Shown: positions 32,377-42,661, counted from the whole stretch's first letter. The stretch is DNA of 63,998 bases, filler included, from a bacterium (GCA_027063545.1; 16 parts of 16 records of this genome joined end to end with filler, not necessarily neighbours in it), one strand, 5' to 3'. Notes: generated by a model from the letters alone, not told the origin. Translations and numbers: made by a program.

Positions 32377-32901
32377 TTATACCAATAATAAAAAATATAT
32401 TATTATAATTAATTTTACCACAAAAAAAGTATAAACACCAGCAAAGATATCGTCTAATGTTATTCCCAAACCACCCTTTAATTTTTGATCAATTACATTA
32501 ATAGGATATGGCTTTAGTATATCAAATAATCTAAAAAACAAAAAACCTAAAATAATGAAAAAATAAAGAATAATAGGAGAAGTAACTAATCTGCTGGAAG
32601 ATAAAAGTAGAGTTATAGGTAAAAGACCAACAAGTTGTCCTGAAACTTCATCCATATTAAGTTCTTTAGGATCATCTTGGTTATTAAATACTTCTATATT
32701 ATATGAACCAGAAAACCACGATAAAAAAAAGGTCAATATTATCAGAACAAGATGAAGTTGAAAATTTAGTAAATTAAAATAAAGTAAAATAGCATAAATA
32801 ATTGCTGCAATTATTGCTCCAATTGTTCCTGGAGCTTTTGTTAGATATCCACTAAAACAAGTTGTTCCTATACATTTTATTATAAAATTTTTATATTTCA
32901 T
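32377..32901 (-). CDS. pgpA: Phosphatidylglycerophosphatase A
   Basis: APGTIG, DPKELNMDEVSG, FRLFDILKPYP, GITLDDIFAG. Confidence 0.93.
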   Translation of the reverse strand: MKYKNFIIKCIGTTCFSGYLTKAPGTIGAIIAAIIYAILLYFNLLNFQLHLVLIILTFFLSWFSGSYNIEVFNNQDDPKELNMDEVSGQLVGLLPITLLLSSSRLVTSPIILYFFIILGFLFFRLFDILKPYPINVIDQKLKGGLGITLDDIFAGVYTFFVVKLIIIIYFLLLV

Positions 32902-32934
32902 AACAAAATAAAAGATAAAAATTTAATAAAAGGT

Positions 32935-33943
32935 ATGAAAGAAAATTTAATTCTTCTAATCGATTTGATTATAACATTTGGGATACTAGGGGTTGTTATT
33001 TTATTTGCTAAGTTTTTTAAGTTTAAAAAAGTATCTCATTTTTTTTACTTTATTATATAGAAATAAAATAGCTAGTTTATCAATTATATTTATAATAATA
33101 TTTATCCTGCTTCTATATGGAACCGATTACTTAATAAAAACTCATTTGTTGGAAAAATTTTTTAAAAATAAAGTAACATCATCTATTTTTTATTTTATAG
33201 TTATTTTATTAATCACAGAGGTAATTGGAAATATTCTATCAAAATACATAGAGAAAACTAGGCTTTTAAAAACTTCTTCTCTTTTTATAAATATTATAAA
33301 GATATTCATTATACTTATAGGTGGGCTTATTATTGTTCAATATATGGGTATTTCAATTACACCAATACTTACCACATTAGGTATTGGTGGTTTGGCAGTT
33401 GCTTTAGCTTTACAAGATACTTTAGGTAATTTCTTTGCGGGTGTTAATTTATTAGTATCAAAACAGATAAAGATTGGTGATTATATAAAACTCTCATCCG
33501 GCGAGGAAGGTTATGTTACTGATATTAATTGGCGCTTTACAAAAATAAGGGATCTACTTAACAATGTTACTATTGTGCCTAATTCAAAAATATCTACTTC
33601 TATTATAAAAAATTACTATATGCCTATTACTAACCTTACTATTTTAATAGAAATAGGGGTTAGTTATGATAGTGATCTTGAAAAGGTAGAGAAGGTTGCT
33701 ATTGAAGTTGCTAAAGAGGTTCTAAAAGAGTTAAATATAAAATCTGAAAAAGAACCTTTTGTTAGATACAGAGAATTTGCTGATTTTAGTATAAACTTTG
33801 TTGTTGGAATAGAAGTGGAAGAGTTTGTTCAACAATACATGGTAAAACACCTTTTTATCAAAAAACTTCATAAAAGATTTCAAGAAGAAAATATTACAAT
33901 TCCATTTCCTATTACAACAGTATATCTGTCCTCTCCCAACTAA
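32935..33943 (+). CDS. mscS: MscS-family mechanosensitive channel; probable N-terminal frameshift at a T8 run (33039-33046)
   Basis: LGIGGLAVALALQDTLGNFFAG, GDYI, IVPNS, GVSYDSDL, IPFP. The ATG at 32935 gives a TM helix in another frame. Confidence 0.85.
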
Positions 33944-34192
33944 AACTTTTTTCTTCTCTTGGGAAGAAAACTCTATCCCTACTATATAAATCTCTTTAAA
34001 CCTCCTACTATACTTCTCTCAATAACACTTCCTCTTTATCTGTTCTAAAGCCTCCCCTTCTTCCTCATCTATCTTAAACTCTATTATATATACCCTATCC
34101 CATACCACAACACTTAAATCTATCCTTCCCCTTGAAATCACATCCTCTCCTATCATCCAACACACTAAAATTTTCTCTTTTATTTTATCCAT
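33912..34192 (-). pseudogene. Remnant of a PD-(D/E)XK (DUF1703/PDDEXK_9) nuclease domain
   Basis: GEDVISRGRIDLSVVVWDRVYIIEFKIDEEEGEALEQIKRKCY*EKYSRRFKEIYIVGIEFSSQEK, then a frameshift to FSWER; the N-terminal AAA part is absent. Confidence 0.8.
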
Positions 34193-34532
34193 TAAAATAG
34201 TTATTGTTATAAAAAATTAAAGATAAAAAAAATTTATAAATTTTTTATTCTATTTATTTGAAATTTGATTAAAAAAAATGTTTTTTATATATAAACTATT
34301 TTTATATTTATACCACACAGAAAAAAAGGAGAAAAAAGGAGTCTAAATAACCAAATATAAAAATTCTTTTTTAAATAATTAGATAATAAAAACATTTAAT
34401 TTTAACATAACAGAAATTTTGATATGAATGTAGTTATAGTGCCTCCTAAAATGTTAAAAACAAAGATTGGATAAGGTATGGTTATAAGCCTTTATAAAAT
34501 ATTAATTAATTAACATAAAGTTGGAGGAGCAT

Positions 34533-35083
34533 ATGCAAAGTCAATACTATAAGGTATTAAAAATCTCCATAAGAGAACTTACAGAAAGTAAAATAAAAGA
34601 GCTTTATTTTAATAATTTAAAATTGAAATTAGTTATTGGTTTTGTATCTCCTCATTTGGATTTTAAGGAAGTGGCATTTAAAATAAAAAACTATTTACCT
34701 TATGATACTACTCTTATTCTTACATCTACCGCTGGAGAACTATGTACTTTTAATGGGACAGAACGTTTAAATAAACTTTATTTAAACGCTAATGGGACAT
34801 GGGATACTATAATTTTATCAGGATATAGTGAATTAATGTTTGATGATATTTTTGTAGCTACTTTTGATTTAGGCCCAAAAGAATTAACAATGGATGAGAA
34901 AATAAAATATATAGAAACAAAACTTTCTGAAGTAAAAATTCCTTTTAATATAGATTATAAAGATACTATAGCATATACATTAATTGATGGATTATCATCA
35001 GCTGAGTCATTTTTTATGGAGGCAGTTTATAATACAGGAAAATTTCCTTGTATTTTTGTTGGTGGATCCGCTGGAGGTAAATT
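34533..35083 (+). CDS. FIST N-terminal domain protein (signal transduction/chemoreceptor-like), 3' truncated
   Basis: GFVSPH, STAGEL, LIDGLS, FVGGSAGGK; SD GGAGG before ATG 34533. Confidence 0.8.
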
Positions 35084-35183
35084 NNNNNNNNNNNNNNNNN
35101 NNNNNNNNNNNNNNNNNNNNNNNNNNNTTAATTAATTAANNNNNNNNNNNNNNNNNNNNNNNNNNNNNNNNNNNNNNNNNNNN

Positions 35184-36856
35184 TATCAGCAATTCAAGAT
35201 TTAGGACATAAACATTTTTCAAAATTAGGAATGGATAGAGGTATTAAAAAAGAGATTAATACTCCAAATTATCAAACTACCAAAGCATATTATGAAAATT
35301 TAATTAAAGAACAACAACAAGAAATTCAAGTATTAAAGAATAATCATGAAAATTTAATATCAGAGAATTTAAAACAGATTGAAATCAATAAACAACTTAT
35401 ATCAAATAGCACTATGAGAAAAAAAGAAGTTTCTAAATTAGATTTATCAAGAAAAGAAAAACAGATAGAACTGAAAAAAATTACTGCTGAAACTAATGCT
35501 TTAAAACAATCTAATAAAGATTTATTATCTGAAAATAAAGTTATTAAGAAGATTCAGAAAGAAGAAGAAGAAAGAATTGACGAAAAAAGTTTAGAATTAG
35601 ATAATAAAGCTACTGAAATAATAGAACTAAAAGATATTGTTGAAGATACAGTTGATGGTTTAGAAGAGAAACACGACAAATTAATAGAAGAGGTTGAAAA
35701 ACTTGAAGAGATAAAAAGTGATTTACAGCAAGATATAACATTAGATTCAAGTAAAATAGAAATAAGTATATCGGAAACTGAAAAAGAGGAAATTCAATTA
35801 AAAAATAGAGTTAGTGAATTACAAGAGAAAGAAAAAACAATAAATAAATCTATCAATACCAAAGAAGAGGAAGAAAGTAATATTGAAAAATCTATTGCTA
35901 AACTCAAAGAAGATAGGGAAAAATTATCAAAAAATGATATGGAAGAAACAATACCTATATCTATTGATAAAATACTTGATAATAAAAATTATCAAACTTA
36001 TATGAAAGATTTAAAAAAAGATAAGATAAGACCTGATTTAATTGATGCTATGAGAAAAGTATCAAAAGTTGATATATATGATAATAATTTATTAGAAATG
36101 AAAAAAGATTTTCAAGACAAATTAGACAAAGTAATTATTGAGAGAGATAGAAGATTTAGAGAAGATAAAACCAAAATGGGAGATTTGACTACTGAAAACA
36201 CCACATTAAAGGGAACTATTAAAGAACTTGAAACAAATATTGAAGATAAAATAAAAATAGCAGTTGATACAAATACTTCACAATTAATCAAAGAACATAA
36301 TAAAAATATATTAAATATAAAAAATGAATATAAGATTAAAGAATTAAAAACAGATAATATTATTGATAATTTAGAGGAAGATATAAAAGGTAAAGATAGA
36401 GAAATAACTAAACTTAATATTATTATTAAAGAAGTTAAAGAGAAATCTATCAAGAAATTCAATAGATTCAGCAATAAAGTTAGAAAATTATTTAATGGAG
36501 TAAAAGAAGTTTTACAAGGACACGAAAAGTATCGAGAGAAGATGAAAGGTTTTCCAGATAAATATACAACAATGGAAGAAAAAGTTTTTGATTTAGAAGA
36601 TAGAATTGAAGTTGCTAAAACTATATACCCTGATATTGAAGAGAAGATTGAAGAACATTATGATAAAAAACTTGATGAAAATATGAGTGGATTAGATGGA
36701 TGGAGAGAAAGTAAAGAAGAGGAAATAGTAGTTGAGAAGATTGATTTAGAAAAATATAATGAAGGTTTAAATACTAAAACAACTACATATATGGACAGAA
36801 AAGGAAGAATGAAAACAAAAATAAAAGAGATAGAAGATATTGAGATAGAACAATAA
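35184..36856 (+). CDS. Plasmid recombination/mobilisation protein (MobV/Pre-like), 5' truncated
   Basis: SAIQDLGHKHFSKLGMDRG...YYE matches the end of a Mob_Pre domain, followed by a long coiled coil. Confidence 0.65.
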
Positions 36857-36977
36857 GATATAATTTTATTATGATTATATATCTGCTAAATATATTTATA
36901 TATTATATATAATCTGTATTAAATACAAATGGAACTCTTAAAGGGGTTTCCAACGATACAGATTTTTTTTAAGTTAT

Positions 36978-36999
36978 AAGTGTTCTAATACGAACACTT
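36978..36999. promoter_or_regulatory. Perfect inverted repeat (operator-like) upstream of the HicB-like gene
   Basis: AAGTGTTC-TAATAC-GAACACTT. Confidence 0.45.
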
Positions 37000-37050
37000 T
37001 TTATCTTTGAATATCTGTATCATTAAATTTAAGTTAGATAAGGTTTAGAA

Positions 37051-37242
37051 ATGATAAAAAATCTATCATATAAAGGTTATGCTTCAATTATTCAATACTC
37101 AAATGAAGATAATTGCTATTATGGTAAATTAGAAAATATCAATGATTTAATAACCTTTGAAACAGACACCACAGCTGAAATAGAACAAGTTTTTAAAAAT
37201 GTAGTAAATACATATATTAAAGATAGGAAAGAATTAAAATGA
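37051..37242 (+). CDS. HicB-like antitoxin N-terminal domain
   Basis: LSYKGY...YSNEDNCYYGKL..INDLITFE...F...V..Y; no C-terminal RHH domain. Confidence 0.75.
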   Translation: MIKNLSYKGYASIIQYSNEDNCYYGKLENINDLITFETDTTAEIEQVFKNVVNTYIKDRKELK

Positions 37243-37268
37243 ATGATTATAAAGTGATTATTAAGTAA

Positions 37269-37709
37269 ATGGATAAAAAATCAAAAGAAATTATAAAAGA
37301 AGTTATTGAAAATATACTCTATCTTCGAGAGCATCATTTAAATAAAATTAAAACTATTCAAAATCTTAAAAATAATGGAAAAGGTTTTACTCTTAATGAA
37401 ATAAAAAAAGAAGTAAAAAAAATGGCAGAAGATTTTAGAAAACCACTTATTAAACTAAATCATCTTTTGGAAAAAAAAGAACAATATCAGGAAGTTATAG
37501 ATTTAGAACAACAGATGAAGAAGATCCAATCAAAAAAGAATATAACAGTTAAAGAGTTTTCTGAAATATATAATATTTCAAAAACTTCACAGCAAAATTA
37601 TAGAGGTAGGTTAAATGACCCTTTACCATACCACCAAAAAGTAGAGGGTGGAAAGATAGTTTATGTTGTTGAAGAAGTTGAAAAATGGTTTGACAACCAA
37701 CATAAATAG
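37269..37709 (+). CDS. Excisionase/AlpA-like HTH protein
   Basis: ITVKEFSEIYNISKTSQQNYR...PLPY...GGKIVY...VEKW. Confidence 0.65.
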   Translation: MDKKSKEIIKEVIENILYLREHHLNKIKTIQNLKNNGKGFTLNEIKKEVKKMAEDFRKPLIKLNHLLEKKEQYQEVIDLEQQMKKIQSKKNITVKEFSEIYNISKTSQQNYRGRLNDPLPYHQKVEGGKIVYVVEEVEKWFDNQHK

Positions 37710-37726
37710 GAGTTTAAACCAGTATG

Positions 37727-37748
37727 AAGTACATAAAAAAGTACATAA
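37727..37748. repeat. Tandem direct repeat AAGTACATAA x2 (possible integrase arm-type sites)
   Basis: Exact 10-mer at 37727 and 37739, about 85 nt from the element boundary. Confidence 0.5.
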
Positions 37749-37831
37749 TTATTTTTATGAACCCATTTGAAGCCCTTAAAATAGGACAATATTTTAAGAA
37801 AAAGCAAATGTGGGGTAATGGACTTTAGCCC

Positions 37832-38073
37832 TTATTCCCACTTATAGAGTGACATTGGTGTTGTTACATCATTTGCCCACTCTCGCATAGATGCATCATA
37901 GAGACGAATATTTGTAAAACCTAAAAGGCGGTGGAGTACAAAAAAGTTCATAGAGGTTTCAAGTCCTCCTGTACAGTAAGTTATAGTTGCTTTGTCTGGA
38001 TGAAGATTCATTCCTTTGACAAGCATCTTTTTAAGGAGTGCAGCATCTTTGAAGTAATCACCTTTGAAGCTGT
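37832..38073 (-). pseudogene. Sulfurtransferase (rhodanese) C-terminal part, interrupted by IS256
   Basis: ITYCTGGLETS...LGFTNIRLYDASMREWAND; similarity stops at the IS inverted repeat. Confidence 0.75.
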
Positions 38074-38184
38074 GGGACCGTTCAAAAATCTGTGTCAATC
38101 GGGTAAAATAACAAATACTCAAGGACACAGAAATGAATATAGAAATAGATGTAGAGCAATTTGCTCGTGATATTAAAGCAGGTA
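38074..38184 (+). mobile_element. IS256-family element, left end and transposase start (ATG 38133)
   Basis: GGGACCGTTCAAAAATCTGTGTCAA resembles IS256-family terminal IRs; AAGGA SD, then MNIEIDVEQFARDIKAG; the contig breaks here. Confidence 0.7.
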
Positions 38185-38284
38185 NNNNNNNNNNNNNNNN
38201 NNNNNNNNNNNNNNNNNNNNNNNNNNNNTTAATTAATTAANNNNNNNNNNNNNNNNNNNNNNNNNNNNNNNNNNNNNNNNNNNN

Positions 38285-40110
38285 TGCCTTGAATAAACTT
38301 CAATATTTATAGGGAAATTTTTCATTCTATCTCTAAAAGTATTATAATGCTGATGAGCTAAAACTGTAGTGGGTACTATTACAGCTACCTGCCTTCCATT
38401 GTAAACTGCTAAAAATGCTGCTCTCATTGCAACTTCTGTTTTCCCAAAGCCGACATCTCCACATATTAATCGATCCATAAAATATGGACTAGATAAATCT
38501 CTTTCTATATCTTCTATAGCCTTCTTTTGATCAGGAGTTAAATCGTAAATAAATTCATCTGAAAATCTTTTATATTCATCTATATCTATTTTATATGGTT
38601 CTCTTTTAGATGCTTCTCTTTTAGCTTGGATAATTATTAACTCTTCTGATAATTTTTCTAATTTCTGTTTTAATCTCTTCTTAGTATTCTCCCATTTTTT
38701 AGAGCCTAATGCATCTAAAGTAATCTCTTCATCACTATCTGGGGAAGAATATTTCTGAATTTTATGAAAGTCTTCTAATGGAACATAAAGAGTATCACCA
38801 CCTTGATATTCTAAAACAAAACATTCTTGCTTATTTCCTTCTGGATATATAGTTTCAATTCCTTTAAATCTTCCTATACCATAGTCTTCATGAACAATAA
38901 GATCCCCAAATTTTAAATTATCATAACTTATAAATTTAGTTTTTAGTACCTTATTTTTTTTTGGCTTATATATTATATTTTCATAGCTACGTATACTATA
39001 TAATATTATATTTAAAGGCTGAATTTCTATACTTCTTGGGATATAGCCTTTGTATATACCTTTTATATACTTTAAAATATTTTTTTCTTTTTTAAATTGT
39101 TTCAATATTTTATCATCATAATATACTATGTAATTAAATTTAGAATTTTTATTTTCACTAATTTTTTCGTATAATGGCTGTAAATGATATATATATTCTG
39201 GTAGTTCTTTAAAAATCAAAGTTCGATTCTTATCCAAAACAAATTCTTCATCCAATTTTATAGGTATAAACGGAATATTATATATTATATGTAAAATATC
39301 CTTTGATACTATTAAATCCCTATTTTTTTCTTGTAATATATTAAAAATATTATTAAAATCTATAGACTCAGAAGACGATAATATAATATCATTTTGAATA
39401 AAATCAAAAAAACAATTATATTCCTCACTATCAACATAGAAATGTTTCAAAGGATAAACTCTTATCTCATCCAGTTCTTTTATAGATCTTTGAGAATTAG
39501 GATCGAAAAATCTTATAGATTCAAGTTCATCATCAAAAAATTCTAATCTTACTGGGTAGTCATTTCCTATAGAATATATATCTATTATATCTCCCCTTAT
39601 AGAAAACTCTCCAACATCACTTACCTGATACTCTCTATTATATCCATAATCTACTAAAATACTTTCTAGCTTTTTAAATGAATAAAAATTTCCTTTTTTA
39701 AAGTTTAATACCTTTGGACTTGATTTATTAAAGGTACTATATCTGTAAAATAAAGTATTAACATTTGCCAAAATTAGATTAGTTTTATTACTATTATTTA
39801 ATAACCTATCTATAGATATCCAATTAGTCTCTAAAATCTCTTCTTTAGAAATAGATTCGTCAAGATGATCTAATAATGTAATAAAATCTTCACTAATATC
39901 CTCTAATTTATTTTTTATTTCCAATAACTCTTCATTTGAGAACGATAAATATATTAAAATTTTATCTCTATATAATGATCTAGCTAAAAATAATAGAGTA
40001 AAAGGTAATAACTTTGAAGTCGAAATGATATTTTTATAACTAGTAGAGATATTTTTTAAGACTTCTTTGAAATCATTATAAACATTATGAAAGAAACCCT
40101 TTAATTCCAT
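38285..40110 (-). CDS. mfd: Transcription-repair coupling factor, 3' truncated
   Basis: GEFSIRGDIIDI, HEDYGIGRF, TPDQ, DRLICGDVGFGKTEVAMRAAF. Confidence 0.96.
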
Positions 40111-40179
40111 TGCTTTTGATTTTTTTACTTTGGATATATGAATTATTAAAAATTTTAGTAATAAAAAAGTTGTATAAAT

Positions 40180-40217
40180 AAAAAAGGGACATCTCTTTTT
40201 TTTAAGAGATGTCCCTT
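40180..40217 (-). terminator. Terminator downstream of tRNA-Lys
   Basis: AAGGGACATCTCTT / AAGAGATGTCCCTT inverted repeat with a T run on the minus strand. Confidence 0.85.
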
Positions 40218-40228
40218 ATATATAAACA

Positions 40229-40302
40229 TGAGCCCGGTAGGATTCGAACCTACGACCCTCTCCTTAAAAGGGAGATGCTCTAACCAGCTGAGCTACGGGC
40301 CC
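40229..40302 (-). tRNA. tRNA-Lys(UUU), CCA not encoded
   Basis: GGGCCCGTAGCTCAGCTGGTTAGAGCA-TCTCC-CTTTTAA-GGAGA-GGGTCGTAGGTTCGAATCCTACCGGGCTCA cloverleaf. Confidence 0.97.
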
Positions 40303-40332
40303 AACTTCTATTCATTATTTTTGACGGTTTTA

Positions 40333-40361
40333 AATATAATTTTTTTTATCTAAAATTGCAA
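40333..40361 (-). promoter_or_regulatory. sigma70 promoter of tRNA-Lys
   Basis: TTGCAA-17-TATATT. Confidence 0.55.
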
Positions 40362-40373
40362 TTTTTTTTATGT

Positions 40374-41033
40374 TTATTTTATTGTTAAATTTAAAGTTGT
40401 TCCTATTACATTTACTCTAGAATATTCATCATCATCATCATCATTTTTTGTGGCTTTATGTAAGTAATATAAAACTAAAGTAGAATTATTTGTAATTTTA
40501 TAACTACTACCTACTGAAAGTTCATATTGTTTAAATTCTTCTCTTAAATCTGAATTATTTAAATATATTGAATATATCTCTCCTGCTATAAAAGGACTAA
40601 ATTGATTATATACGTATTTTAATGTTAATTTATTTCTATCTATTACATTGTATTTATTTTTCACTTCAAAATATACCCTGTTTCTATAAGAAATCTTTAT
40701 ATTATCATTTACTTTATAAGTATAAATTAAGTTTAAATGGGGAGCATAATAGTCATATTCTGGTGTAAATACTATTCTATGGGCTATCCCAAAAGAAAAC
40801 TGATCATTTATTTTGTATAATATTGTAGGATCTACATAATATACTACTTGTTTTTTATCGTCTAAGTCTGTTCTAGATTGATTAAATAATACAAATTTAA
40901 CATTATTAGTAGTATTAAAGACTACATTTTGAGACACCCATAATTGAGACCCTGCTGCATAAATAGAAACATTTAAAATAATCACTAAAAATAGTCCAAC
41001 GATAAAATTAAACTTTAAGTTTTTCATGTACAA
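40374..41033 (-). CDS. DUF2490-like outer-membrane beta-barrel
   Basis: Signal peptide, QLW start, YRNR/RNKL strands, PFIAGE. Confidence 0.65.
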   Translation of the reverse strand: MYMKNLKFNFIVGLFLVIILNVSIYAAGSQLWVSQNVVFNTTNNVKFVLFNQSRTDLDDKKQVVYYVDPTILYKINDQFSFGIAHRIVFTPEYDYYAPHLNLIYTYKVNDNIKISYRNRVYFEVKNKYNVIDRNKLTLKYVYNQFSPFIAGEIYSIYLNNSDLREEFKQYELSVGSSYKITNNSTLVLYYLHKATKNDDDDDEYSRVNVIGTTLNLTIK

Positions 41034-41046
41034 CCTCCTTTTTTGG

Positions 41047-41451
41047 TTATTTATGGTTTATTATTTTTACATAAATTCTTCTTTTTCTTGGGCCATCAAA
41101 TTCAGCAAAAAATATACTCTCCCAAGTACCTAATTTTAACTTAGAGTCTTCTATAAATACAAACTTCTGATTTCCAATCAAAATACTTTTTAAATGAGCA
41201 GAAGAATTACCCTCTATATGTCTATAATTGGGATCTCTCCAAGGAAAAATTTTCTCTAATACATACTCTATATCATTTCTAACATCAGGATCTGAATTCT
41301 CATTTATAAAAATTCCTGCTGTTGTATGAGGAGTATAAATAAAACAAATACCTTCTTTTATATTTTCTTTATTTATTAATTTATTAATGTCTAAAGTAAT
41401 ATCTATAAAATCTGTATGTTTTTCTGTTTGTATTTCTAAAGTATAAATCAT
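41047..41451 (-). CDS. yjbQ: YjbQ/UPF0047 family protein
   Basis: PHTTAG.FINEN.DPDV, HIEGNSSAHLKS, LGTWESIFFAEFDGPR. Confidence 0.92.
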   Translation of the reverse strand: MIYTLEIQTEKHTDFIDITLDINKLINKENIKEGICFIYTPHTTAGIFINENSDPDVRNDIEYVLEKIFPWRDPNYRHIEGNSSAHLKSILIGNQKFVFIEDSKLKLGTWESIFFAEFDGPRKRRIYVKIINHK

Positions 41452-41511
41452 ATATATATAAAATATAAAAATAATTAAATATTGTCAATATATTTCTAAA
41501 GTATAAATCAT
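41431..41511. repeat. 21-bp exact direct repeat of the yjbQ start flanking a 39-bp promoter-bearing segment
   Basis: TATTTCTAAAGTATAAATCAT at 41431-41451 and 41491-41511. Confidence 0.9.
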
Positions 41512-41527
41512 TACATACTCTCATAAT

Positions 41528-42646
41528 TTATTTTATATAAATCTTTTCTGATCTTATATCTTTTAAATGTGTTGTAATTTCATAAGGAATAGTTAATGCT
41601 TGCTTTGCCATATTTTCAACAGATAAACTCCAATCATATTCGCCATCTATTATTTTAACCTTATCTCCCACTTTTACTTTATCCTCTATACCATTTAAGT
41701 TTATAATTATTTGGTCCATACAAACAGTTCCAATAATAGGTACAATGGTATCTCTTATAAGTACCTTCCATTTATTTGTTAAAATTCTAAAAATACCATC
41801 ACCATAGCCTATAGGTAAAATTCCTATATAAGTATCATCTTCAGCTTGCCATGTTAATCCATAAGAGACATAATCACCTCTTTTTATTTCTTTTATTCCA
41901 ATTAAAGTAGTTTCTAAAGAAAGTGCTGGTTTTAACTCTATAAATTCTCTAAACATCTCTGACGGGTAATAACCATAAGAAGAAATTCCAGGTCTTACCA
42001 TATCAAAAAAGGTTGTCTCATCTTTTAATAAAGCAGCTGAATTTGCACAATGAAATATTATATCATCTTTACCCATATCTTTTATTTCTGAAACAATACT
42101 ATAAAACTCTCCCTTTTGATTTAAGAAAAAGGTCATATCATAATCATCAGCTGTAGCAAAATGAGTATATACTCCCCCAATTTTATATTTTGCTGTTTTT
42201 ATCACTTCTAAAACCTGCTCTGGATAAAGTCCATGTCTATGCATACCTGTATCAACCTTTATGTGAGCCTCAGGAATATACTTTCCATAGCTTATAACTA
42301 ATTGATTATAAAACTCATGATTTTCTAAGGTTGAAATTGTAGGATTCACATTTAAAATAATACACATTTCCAATTCCTCTTTTGTTGGGGTTCCTAAAAG
42401 CAAAATAGGCTTTTCTATATTTAATTTCCTTATAATAGAAGCTTCCATTATATTGGCCACACCAAAATAGTCTACTAGGGGACTATTCTTGAAATATTTT
42501 ACAACTTCTTCTATTCCATGTCCATAGGCATCAGCCTTAACTGGTAAAAGAATCTTTGTTCCTTTAGTATGTTCTTTGATTCTTTCTAAATTATATTCAA
42601 TATTTTTTAAATTTATAATAATCTTATTAAGAAAATTTTGTTCCAT
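41528..42646 (-). CDS. alr: Alanine racemase
   Basis: VKADAYGHG, KVDTGMHR, THFA, VRPGI, IGYGDG, CMDQ. Confidence 0.96.
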   Translation of the reverse strand: MEQNFLNKIIINLKNIEYNLERIKEHTKGTKILLPVKADAYGHGIEEVVKYFKNSPLVDYFGVANIMEASIIRKLNIEKPILLLGTPTKEELEMCIILNVNPTISTLENHEFYNQLVISYGKYIPEAHIKVDTGMHRHGLYPEQVLEVIKTAKYKIGGVYTHFATADDYDMTFFLNQKGEFYSIVSEIKDMGKDDIIFHCANSAALLKDETTFFDMVRPGISSYGYYPSEMFREFIELKPALSLETTLIGIKEIKRGDYVSYGLTWQAEDDTYIGILPIGYGDGIFRILTNKWKVLIRDTIVPIIGTVCMDQIIINLNGIEDKVKVGDKVKIIDGEYDWSLSVENMAKQALTIPYEITTHLKDIRSEKIYIK

Positions 42647-42661
42647 ATTAGTCTCCTATCT

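Larger units (their letters stand above)
35184..37831. mobile_element. End of an integrated mobilisable element (MobV/Pre, HicB-like, excisionase-like)
   Basis: Gene content, tandem AAGTACATAA repeats and an abrupt GC rise near 37830. Confidence 0.6.

Noticed and set aside
34019-34021. In-frame TGA as possible selenocysteine or genetic-code reassignment
   Set aside because: It lies in a truncated, frameshifted relic. TGA acts as a normal stop elsewhere (e.g. phoU, comEA), and Trp is encoded by TGG.
34502-34513. TTAATTAATTAA without flanking Ns upstream of the FIST gene
   Set aside because: Matches the spacer core but is plausible by chance in a very AT-rich intergenic region.
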